Positions 8,721-15,427 of a stretch of 17,491 bases of DNA are shown in pieces; positions within the stretch are counted from its first letter, which is position 1, and the number at the start of each line of letters is the position of its first letter. Source of the stretch: a virus (lineage: Duplodnaviria > Heunggongvirae > Uroviricota > Caudoviricetes); the IMG/VR virus record IMGVR_UViG_3300029741_000087, positions 1 through 17,491 of that record. One strand, given 5' to 3'. The notes below the pieces were generated by a model. The model ran no database searches. It saw nothing but the letters and a program-made list of their open reading frames with translations, and was not told the DNA's origin. Made by a program: the position numbers and the translations under genes.

Positions 8721-8732
8721 ATGGGCGGATAT

Positions 8733-9431
8733 ATGCAGGATATTCACGAAGAAAGCCTGAACGAGTCGGTTAAGTCAGAGCAGTCACCGCGGGTGGTGCT
8801 CTGGGAAATCGACCTGACGGTGCAGGGCGGTGAGCGGTATTTTTTCTGCAATGAGCTGAATGAAAAAGGGGAGCCGGTGACCTGGCAGGGGCGTGAATAT
8901 CAGGCGTACCCGATTGAGGGCAGCGGCTTTGAGATGAACGGAAAGGGCAGCAGTGCCCGCCCGTCGCTGACGGTGTCCAATCTTTTCGGCCTTGTCACCG
9001 GGATGGCGGAGGATTTGCAGAGCCTGGTGGGTGCCACGGTGGTCCGCCGCCGGGTGTATGCGCGTTTTCTTGATGCGGTGAACTTTGTGGCGGGGAATCC
9101 GGAGGCAGACCCGGAGCAGGAGCTGACGGACCGGTGGGTGGTGGAGCAGTTATCAGCGCTGACGGCCATGACGGCCTCGTTTGTGCTGGCGACACCGACG
9201 GAGACGGACGGGGCGCTGTTTCCCGGTCGCATCATGCTGGCGAACACCTGTATGTGGGATTACCGGGGCGATGAGTGCGGGTATAACGGTCCGGCAGTGG
9301 CGGATGAGTTCGACAACCCTACCACGGATATCCGGAAGGACAGATGCAGTAAATGCATGCGCGGGTGTGAGATGCGCGGCATGGCGGTCAATTTTGGCGG
9401 TTTCCTTTCCATCAATAAACTTTCGCAGTAA
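8733..9431 (+). CDS. L: Minor tail protein L
   Basis: Starting at ATG 8733 the protein MQDIHEESLNE...VVLWEIDL...GERYFFCNE...GEPVTWQGREYQ...FGGFLSINKLSQ is near-colinear with lambda L as I recall it (MQDIRQETLNE...FGGFLSINKLSQ). The track's 8691 start is an upstream extension through the terminator. Confidence 0.9.
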   Translation: MQDIHEESLNESVKSEQSPRVVLWEIDLTVQGGERYFFCNELNEKGEPVTWQGREYQAYPIEGSGFEMNGKGSSARPSLTVSNLFGLVTGMAEDLQSLVGATVVRRRVYARFLDAVNFVAGNPEADPEQELTDRWVVEQLSALTAMTASFVLATPTETDGALFPGRIMLANTCMWDYRGDECGYNGPAVADEFDNPTTDIRKDRCSKCMRGCEMRGMAVNFGGFLSINKLSQ

Positions 9432-9441
9432 ATCCCGGTTT

Positions 9442-10185
9442 ATGACACAGACTGAATCAGCGATTCTGGTGCATGCCCGGCGGTGTGCGCCAGCGGAGTC
9501 GTGCGGCTTCGTGATAAGCACCCCGGAGGGCGAACGGTACCAGCCCTGCGTGAATATCTCCGCAGAGCCGGAGGCGTATTTTCGTATTACACCGGAAGAC
9601 TGGCTGCAGGCACAGATGCAGGGGGAGATTGTGGCGCTGGTCCACAGTCATCCCGGTGGTCTGCCCTGGCTGAGCGAGGCGGACCGGCGGCTGCAGATAA
9701 AGAGTGCCCTGCCCTGGTGGCTGGTCTGCCGGGGTGAAATTCACCGGTTCCGCTGTGTGCCGCACCTGACCGGACGGCGCTTTGAACACGGTGTGACGGA
9801 CTGTTACACCCTGTTCCGGGATGCATACCATCTGGCGGGGATAACGCTGCCGGATTTTGTGCGTGAGGATGACTGGTGGCGCAACGGTCAGAACCTGTAC
9901 CTGGACAACCTGGCAGACAACGGCTTTTACCGGGTGTCTCCGTCCTGTGCACAGGCGGGCGATATCCTGCTGTGCTGCTTTGGTTCATCGGTGCCGAATC
10001 ATGCCGCCATTTACTGTGGCAACGGTGAACTGCTTCACCATATACCTGAACAACTGAGTAAACGGGAGAGGTATTCAGAGAAATGGCAACGACGAACGCA
10101 TTCTGTCTGGCGTCACCGCCACTGGTCCGCATCTGCCTTCACGGGGATTTACAACGATTTGGTCGCCGCATCAGCCTGTATGTGA
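9442..10185 (+). CDS. K: Tail assembly protein K (JAMM/MPN plus NlpC/P60 domains)
   Basis: Starts MTQTESAIL as in lambda K. JAMM motif HSHPGGLPWLSEAD (HxHx7Sx2D) and an NlpC/P60-like Cys/His pair (DCYTL, NHAAIY). The track's 9181 start overlaps L and is rejected. Confidence 0.9.
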   Translation: MTQTESAILVHARRCAPAESCGFVISTPEGERYQPCVNISAEPEAYFRITPEDWLQAQMQGEIVALVHSHPGGLPWLSEADRRLQIKSALPWWLVCRGEIHRFRCVPHLTGRRFEHGVTDCYTLFRDAYHLAGITLPDFVREDDWWRNGQNLYLDNLADNGFYRVSPSCAQAGDILLCCFGSSVPNHAAIYCGNGELLHHIPEQLSKRERYSEKWQRRTHSVWRHRHWSASAFTGIYNDLVAASACM

Positions 10186-10763
10186 ACACGGCAGCGGAGG
10201 CCATCCGTGCCCTGTCGCTGCAGGTGCCGGGATTCCGCGGTCAGATGAACGAAGGCTGGTATCAGATACGTATTGCCGGTGAGGATACCGCACCGGAGGC
10301 GGTGTACGCCCGTCTTCACGAACAACTGGGTGAGGGAGCGGTCATCCACATTGTGCCGCGACTGGCCGGAGCCGGGGGAAATGGTGTTTTTCAGGTGGTG
10401 CTGGGGGTTGCAGCGATTGTCGGGTCATTTTTCACTGGTGGTGCAACACTGGCGGCATGGGGCGCAGCCCTGAGTGCCGGAGGGCTGACTGCCACCACGA
10501 TGCTGTTCTCACTGGGTGCCAGCATGATACTGGGTGGTGTGGCTCAGATGCTGGCCCCGAAGGCAAAGACGCCGGAGTATAAAAGTACGGATAACGGTAA
10601 ACAGAACACGTATTTTTCGTCACTGGACAACATGATTGCCCAGGGTAACCCGATGCCGGTGCCTTACGGTGAAATGCTGGTTGGTTCACGACGGATATCC
10701 CAGGATATCAGCACCCGTGATGAGGGCGGAGACGGGAAAGTGGTGGTTATCGGACGGGGATAA
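10083..10763 (+). CDS. I: Tail assembly protein I
   Basis: MATTNAFCLASPPLVRICLHGDLQRFGRRI...NGKQNTYFSSLDNM...VVVIGRG aligns with lambda I (MAATHTLPLASPGMARICLYGDLQRFGRRI...VVVIGR) from memory. Overlaps the 3' end of K. Confidence 0.9.
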   Translation: MATTNAFCLASPPLVRICLHGDLQRFGRRISLYVNTAAEAIRALSLQVPGFRGQMNEGWYQIRIAGEDTAPEAVYARLHEQLGEGAVIHIVPRLAGAGGNGVFQVVLGVAAIVGSFFTGGATLAAWGAALSAGGLTATTMLFSLGASMILGGVAQMLAPKAKTPEYKSTDNGKQNTYFSSLDNMIAQGNPMPVPYGEMLVGSRRISQDISTRDEGGDGKVVVIGRG

Positions 10764-10866
10764 AAATAAAAAAATCCCGCAGAGTTAGCGGAGCTGCGGG
10801 AAGAGATACGAAGATTAACTGTAAGGAGTTATTATTATGTCACAGCAAAAAAAACGGTAACGCAGA
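10764..10866 (-). ncRNA. Candidate small RNA, cassette 1 (predicted from promoter and terminator; not a known family by sequence)
   Basis: Minus strand: TTCACA (10897-10892), 16-bp spacer, TATAAT (10875-10870), predicted start near 10864 at conserved GCGUUACC. Intrinsic terminator: hairpin 10800-10776 then U7 (10774-10768). No plausible ORF. Contains AACUCCUUACA. Confidence 0.5.
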
Positions 10867-10896
10867 GAAATTATAAGCGCCACTGGGATTTTGTGA

Positions 10897-10918
10897 AAAT
10901 GTGAAGAATTTCAGAAAT
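10897..10918. promoter_or_regulatory. CRP-like box (TGTGA-N6-TCAGA), cassette 1
   Basis: AAATGTGAagaattTCAGAaat; left half matches the CRP consensus AAATGTGA exactly, right half is TCAGA versus TCACA. Centre is about 43 bp upstream of the predicted minus-strand start. Confidence 0.45.
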
Positions 10919-10996
10919 TTTTTGCTGCAGAGGTGCAGGGAGCTTGCCGGGTATCTGTGGCAGAAGACAGAAAACATCATGCCGGGGTTAAGGGAT

Positions 10997-11096
10997 AAAA
11001 AAATCCCGCAGAGTCCGGAGACTGCGGGACAGAACCGATGAAGATTAACGTTCAAGGAGTTTTGTTTTTATTGACCCGAAAAAACTGTAACGCCCC
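10997..11096 (-). ncRNA. Candidate small RNA, cassette 2
   Basis: Minus strand: -10-like TATCAT (11105-11100), start near 11094 at conserved GCGUUACAG, terminator hairpin 11028-11005 then U7 (11003-10997). Contains AACUCCUUGAA. The -35 is poor. Confidence 0.4.
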
Positions 11097-11126
11097 GGAA
11101 TGATATCTGCCACGGGAACGTACAGA

Positions 11127-11148
11127 AAATGTGAAGAAATTCAGACTT
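11127..11148. promoter_or_regulatory. CRP-like box, cassette 2
   Basis: AAATGTGAagaaatTCAGActt; same spacing to the -10 hexamer and conserved GCGTTAC as in cassette 1. Confidence 0.4.
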
Positions 11149-11230
11149 TTTCTGTCGCAGGTTTACAGAACGGATGACCGCCAGGGTACCAGTGGCGTAA
11201 ATGAGCAGGATGTTGTGGTGTGGCTGAAGC

Positions 11231-11336
11231 AAAAAAATCTCCCGTAATATCGCCGGATACTGACGGGAGACGAATAGTCACCTTAAGGAGGTCTGATAAT
11301 TATTGCTTTTATTGAGCAAAAAAACTGTAACGCTGC
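11231..11336 (-). ncRNA. Candidate small RNA, cassette 3
   Basis: Minus strand: TATAAT (11345-11340), start near 11334 at conserved GCGUUACAG, terminator with perfect 8-bp stem (11271-11264 / 11245-11238) then U7 (11237-11231). Contains GACCUCCUUAAGG. Confidence 0.5.
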
Positions 11337-11366
11337 GTCATTATAGTGGCTACAGGCAATTGCCGG

Positions 11367-11388
11367 AAATGTGAAGAATTTCAGAAAT
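11367..11388. promoter_or_regulatory. CRP-like box, cassette 3
   Basis: AAATGTGAagaattTCAGAaat; same spacing to the TATAAT at 11345-11340 as in cassette 1. Confidence 0.45.
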
Positions 11389-11404
11389 TTTATTCCGTCA
11401 TGAC

Positions 11405-11436
11405 ACAGGCACCCTCCGGGGTGCCTGTCGTTTTCT
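11405..11436 (+). terminator. Plus-strand intrinsic terminator about 40 nt upstream of the J start
   Basis: Perfect 10-bp stem acaggcaccc (11405-11414) / gggtgcctgt (11419-11428), loop tccg, followed by cgttttct. Confidence 0.5.
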
Positions 11437-11478
11437 GGCATAAACAGATTCAGACATCAGACAGGAGAGGGGGACAGA

Positions 11479-14400
11479 GTGGGTAAAGGGGGCGGCAAGG
11501 GGCACACACCGCGTGAGGCGAAGGACAATCTCAAATCCACGCAGATGATGAGCGTGATTGATGCCATTGGTGAGGGACCGGTGGAAGGTCCGGTGAAGGG
11601 ACTGCAGAGTATTCTGGTGAACAAAACCCCGCTGACGGACACGGACGGTAATCCCGTGATACACGGTGTGACCGCCGTCTGGCGTGCCGGGGAGCAGGAG
11701 CAGACACCGCCGGAAGGCTTTGAGTCCTCCGGGGCAGAAACCGCACTGGGCGTGGAGGTGACGAAGGCAAAGCCGGTGACGCGCACCATCACGTCAGCGA
11801 ACATTGACCGTCTGCGGGTCACCTTCGGGGTACAGTCACTGGTGGAGACCACCTCAAAGGGTGACCGTAATCCCTCTTCTGTCCGCCTGCTGATTCAGCT
11901 TGAGCGTAACGGGCACTGGGTGACGGAGAAGGATGTCACCATTAACGGCAAGACCACCTCGCAGTACCTGACGTCGGTGATTCTGAATAATCTCCCTGAG
12001 CGCCCCTTTAACATCCGGATGGTCAGGGTGACGGCGGACAGCACCACGGACCAGCTGCAGAACAGAACGCTGTGGTCGTCATACACCGAAATCATCGATG
12101 TGAAACAGTGCTACCCGAACACGGCGATTGTGGGGCTGCAGGTGGATGCGGAGCAGTTTGGTGGCCAGCAGCTGACGGTGAACTACCATATCCGTGGTCG
12201 CATCATTCAGGTGCCGTCAAACTATGACCCGGAAAAACGCACCTACAGCGGTATCTGGGACGGGAGTCTGAAACCGGCATACAGCAATAACCCGGCCTGG
12301 TGCCTGTGGGACATGCTGACCCACCCGCGCTACGGCATGGGAAAACGCCTGGGGGCCCCGGACGTGGACAAGTGGGCACTGTATGCCATCGGGCAGTACT
12401 GTGACCAGACGGTCCCGGATGGTTTCGGGGGAACAGAGCCGCGGATGACTTTCAATGCGTACCTGTCACAGCAGCGTAAGGTGTGGGATGTCCTGGGGGA
12501 TTTCTGCTCGGCGATGCGCTGTATGCCGGTATGGAACGGCCAGACGCTGACGTTCGTTCAGGACCGTCCGTCGGATGTGGTGTGGCCGTACACCAACAGC
12601 GATGTGGTGGTGGATGATAACGGCGTGGGGTTCCGCTACAGCTTCAGTGCCCTGAAGGACCGGCACACGGCGGTGGAGGTGAATTACACCGACCCGCAGA
12701 ACGGCTGGCAGACCTCCACGGAACTGGTGGAAGACCCGGACGCCATCCTGCGCTACGGGCGCAATCTGCTGAAGATGGATGCGTTCGGCTGTACCAGCCG
12801 CGGTCAGGCCCACCGTGCCGGACTGTGGGTGATAAAGACAGAACTGCTGGAAACGCAGACGGTGGATTTCACGCTCGGGTCACAGGGGCTGCGGCACACG
12901 CCCGGTGACATCATTGAAATCTGTGATAACGACTACGCCGGGACCCTGACCGGTGGACGCATCCTGTCCATCGATGCCGCCAGCCGTACCCTGACGCTGG
13001 ACCGTGAGGTGATACTGCCGGAAGCAGGGACATCGACGGTGAACCTGATTAACGGCAGCGGTAAGCCGGTGCGCGTGGACATCACTGCACACCCCGCCCC
13101 TGACCGGATACAGGTCAGCGTCCTGCCTGATGGCGTGGAGACATACGGTGTGTGGGGACTCTCCCTGCCGTCACTGCGTCGTCGCCTGTTCCGCTGTGTT
13201 TCCATCCGGGAAAACACGGACGGCACCTTTGCCATCACGGCAGTGCAGCACGTACCGGAAAAAGAAGCCATCGTGGATAACGGGGCCACCTTTGAGCCGC
13301 TGTCCGGTTCACTGAACAGCGTCATCCCGCCGGCAGTGCAGCACCTCACGGTGGAGGTGAGTGCCTCAGACGGCCAGTATCTGGCGCTGGCGAAATGGGA
13401 CACGCCGCGGGTGGTGAAGGGCGTGCGCTTCAGTCTGCGCCTGACCAGTGGCAGTGGTGAAAACAGCCGCCTGGTGACCAGCGCTATCACTGCCGACACG
13501 GAGCACCGTTTCAGTGGCCTGCCGCCCGGGGAATACACCCTGACGGTCAGGGCGATAAACAGCTACGGCCAGCAGGGCGAACCTGCCACCACCACGTTCC
13601 GGATTAACGCACCGGCAGCACCGGCCAGCATTGAACTGACGCCGGGGTATTATCAGATAACGGCGGTCCCGCATCTTACGGTGTATGACCCGACGGTACA
13701 ATTTGAGTTCTGGTTTTCGGAGGCAAAAATCGCAGACACATCTCAGGTGGAAACCTCTGCCCGTTATCTGGGGACAGGCAGCCAGTGGAGTGTCTCCGGC
13801 CCGCACATTAAGCCGGGGAAGGATTTCTGGTTTTATGTGCGCAGCGTCAACCTGGTGGGGAAATCTGCGTTTGTGGAAGCCAGTGGCCGGGCCAGCAATG
13901 ATGCGGAAGGGTATCTGGGGCTGTTTCGGGAAAAGATAGGAAAACTGCATCTGGCACAGGGGATGTGGGAGCTGATTGATAACAGCCAGCTTGATGATGA
14001 GATGGCGGAGATGAAGACCACCATCACAGAAACCCGCAATGAAATCACGCAGACGGTCAGTAAAACCCTGGAAGACCAGAGCGCCACCATACAGCAGATA
14101 CAGCGGGTGCAGACAGACACAAATAACGACCTGGCTGCGCTGTACATGCTGAAGGTGCAGAAAACAAAAAACGGCATTCCGTATGTTGCCGGTATTGGTG
14201 CGGGGATTGAGGATGCTGATGGCCAGCCCCTGAGCAATATACTGCTGCAGGCGGACCGTATCGCGATGATTAACCCGGAGAACGGCAACACCACGCCGCT
14301 GTTTGTGGCGCAGGGGAATCAGCTGTTCATGAACGATGTGTTCCTGAAGCGACTGTTTGCGGTGAGCATCACCTCGTCCGGCAATCCCCCGACGTTCTCC

Positions 14401-14946
14401 CTGACGCCGGAGGGCAGGCTGACGGCCCGCAATGCGGACATCAGCGGACATATCAGTGCGAACTCGGGCACGCTGAATAATGTCGTGATAGCGGAGAACT
14501 GTACGATAAATGGCACGCTGAAAGCGGAGAACATTATTGGTGATCTTGTGAAATGTGCAGGGGTGGCTTTTCCGGTGGATGGTAGTTACCTTGCGAACGG
14601 TACACGAACGCTGACGGTGTATGACGATCACAGCTTTGACCGGCAGATTATAATCCCGCCGATAATCTATGTCGGGTCAAAACAGGAATCCCGCACCAGT
14701 AATGACATCTGGACAGAGTGCTTCCTGCATGTTGATCAGAACGGACGCCGGATTTATTCAGGCAGGTCAGTGACAGAGCCGGGAATTTTCAGCGGGATCA
14801 TCGATATGCCAGCCGGTCATGGTCATATCACCCTGAGTTTTACCGTAAGTTCACGACGTCAGAACGGGAGTTTTGGCAGTTCACGTATCAGTAACCTTCA
14901 GGCGATAGTGGTGAAGAAAAACAGCGCGGGGATCAGTATCCGCTGA
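11479..14946 (+). CDS. J: Host specificity / central tail fibre protein J
   Basis: 1155 aa from a GTG start. N-terminus [22 protein letters not shown] and long internal stretches (for example [35 protein letters not shown]) are near-identical to lambda J as I recall it. The C-terminal ~150 aa are more divergent. Confidence 0.95.
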   Translation: MGKGGGKGHTPREAKDNLKSTQMMSVIDAIGEGPVEGPVKGLQSILVNKTPLTDTDGNPVIHGVTAVWRAGEQEQTPPEGFESSGAETALGVEVTKAKPVTRTITSANIDRLRVTFGVQSLVETTSKGDRNPSSVRLLIQLERNGHWVTEKDVTINGKTTSQYLTSVILNNLPERPFNIRMVRVTADSTTDQLQNRTLWSSYTEIIDVKQCYPNTAIVGLQVDAEQFGGQQLTVNYHIRGRIIQVPSNYDPEKRTYSGIWDGSLKPAYSNNPAWCLWDMLTHPRYGMGKRLGAPDVDKWALYAIGQYCDQTVPDGFGGTEPRMTFNAYLSQQRKVWDVLGDFCSAMRCMPVWNGQTLTFVQDRPSDVVWPYTNSDVVVDDNGVGFRYSFSALKDRHTAVEVNYTDPQNGWQTSTELVEDPDAILRYGRNLLKMDAFGCTSRGQAHRAGLWVIKTELLETQTVDFTLGSQGLRHTPGDIIEICDNDYAGTLTGGRILSIDAASRTLTLDREVILPEAGTSTVNLINGSGKPVRVDITAHPAPDRIQVSVLPDGVETYGVWGLSLPSLRRRLFRCVSIRENTDGTFAITAVQHVPEKEAIVDNGATFEPLSGSLNSVIPPAVQHLTVEVSASDGQYLALAKWDTPRVVKGVRFSLRLTSGSGENSRLVTSAITADTEHRFSGLPPGEYTLTVRAINSYGQQGEPATTTFRINAPAAPASIELTPGYYQITAVPHLTVYDPTVQFEFWFSEAKIADTSQVETSARYLGTGSQWSVSGPHIKPGKDFWFYVRSVNLVGKSAFVEASGRASNDAEGYLGLFREKIGKLHLAQGMWELIDNSQLDDEMAEMKTTITETRNEITQTVSKTLEDQSATIQQIQRVQTDTNNDLAALYMLKVQKTKNGIPYVAGIGAGIEDADGQPLSNILLQADRIAMINPENGNTTPLFVAQGNQLFMNDVFLKRLFAVSITSSGNPPTFSLTPEGRLTARNADISGHISANSGTLNNVVIAENCTINGTLKAENIIGDLVKCAGVAFPVDGSYLANGTRTLTVYDDHSFDRQIIIPPIIYVGSKQESRTSNDIWTECFLHVDQNGRRIYSGRSVTEPGIFSGIIDMPAGHGHITLSFTVSSRRQNGSFGSSRISNLQAIVVKKNSAGISIR

Positions 14947-15144
14947 ACATCGCGCCCCGGGATTGCCGGAAGGAGACAAAAACCGTACAGTATGCGCGGG
15001 TGCCTTTGGCTGATGGCCGGAGGGAACACCTGAAGGCCGGATGTGAAAAGGCCCCGGACAAACATTCATGTTTAACCCGAGGCCTGACCATTCATCCTAA
15101 GCAAGTGAAAGGTTAGCGCCTCTCCGTAAAAGGAGCAAGCGTTT

Positions 15145-15285
15145 ATGTCGCAAAAACCGTTAAAAACCACCGTGATTTGTATCACGGTAGTGCTCATTAT
15201 CTGGATCACCCACACTTCACTGTGCGAGTTCCGGTTCCGGATAGCGGGCGCGGAGATTGCGGCGTTCTTACAGTGTAAGCAGTAA
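15145..15285 (+). CDS. Hok/Gef-family type I toxin (small membrane peptide); not in the ORF track because it is shorter than 60 aa
   Basis: 46 aa: MSQKPLKTTVICITVVLIIWITHTSLCEFRFRIAGAEIAAFLQCKQ. One transmembrane stretch followed by SLCEFRFR...EIAAF, matching the Hok signature (Hok of plasmid R1: ...[23 protein letters not shown]) from memory. AGGAG at 15131-15135, 9 nt before the ATG. Confidence 0.7.
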   Translation: MSQKPLKTTVICITVVLIIWITHTSLCEFRFRIAGAEIAAFLQCKQ

Positions 15286-15293
15286 GAAACCGT

Positions 15294-15316
15294 GGCGGGG
15301 GAGAATATCCCCCGCC
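15294..15316 (+). other. Perfect 8-bp GC stem-loop immediately after the hok-like stop
   Basis: ggcggggg (15294-15301) / cccccgcc (15309-15316) with a 7-nt loop and no U-tract; could be an mRNA 3' structural element. Confidence 0.4.
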
Positions 15317-15380
15317 GACCGGTTGCTGAGGGTGGTCAGCCGGATGGCACCGTTTTAACACCAACAAACCACAAATATTA

Positions 15381-15416
15381 CCGCAGGCCGGGAAACCGGT
15401 CCTGCGGTTTTTTTAT
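15381..15416 (+). terminator. Intrinsic terminator between the hok-like gene and stf
   Basis: ccgcaggccgg / ccggtcctgcgg stem with one mismatch, GAAA tetraloop, then T-run 15408-15416. Confidence 0.7.
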
Positions 15417-15427
15417 GGGGGAAATCC

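Larger units (their letters stand above)
10764..11400. repeat. Three tandem, diverged ~235-bp cassettes inserted between I and J
   Basis: Each cassette contains an A-run plus GC hairpin (10764-10800, 10997-11028, 11231-11271), an AAGGAG-like block, a conserved aaaactgtaacgc block, and the conserved 25-mer aaatgtgaagaa(t/a)ttcaga(a/c)(a/t)tttt (10897-, 11127-, 11367-). Period is about 230-240 bp. Confidence 0.85.

Noticed and set aside
9181-9441. N-terminal extension of the K ORF in the ORF track (start at 9181)
   Set aside because: Overlaps L in another frame. Homology to lambda K begins at MTQTESAIL (ATG 9442), right after the L stop.
10837-10860. Tiny plus-strand ORFs after the AAGGAG blocks in each cassette (for example MSQQKKR), or a type I toxin of the Ibs/Ldr kind
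   Set aside because: The peptides are 7-23 aa, not conserved in frame or sequence between cassettes, and not hydrophobic. The Shine-Dalgarno-like block is better explained as the complement of a conserved CCUCCUU core, though plus-strand function is not fully excluded.
10840-11055. Minus-strand 71-aa ORF spanning cassettes 1 and 2
   Set aside because: It reads through a predicted promoter and an intrinsic terminator hairpin and has no Shine-Dalgarno.
10764-11400. CRISPR array interpretation of the tandem repeats
   Set aside because: Units are about 235 bp, diverged, and contain promoter and terminator elements; there are no short identical direct repeats with unique spacers.
13366-14631. 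Minus-strand ORF of 421 aa inside J
   Set aside because: Entirely antisense to the well-supported J gene, no Shine-Dalgarno, Arg/His/Cys-rich low-complexity translation typical of the antisense frame of a GC-rich gene.
14947-15144. An outer-membrane lom homologue downstream of J, as in lambda
   Set aside because: No ORF of suitable size exists between J and stf; the only coding signal is the 46-codon hok-like gene.
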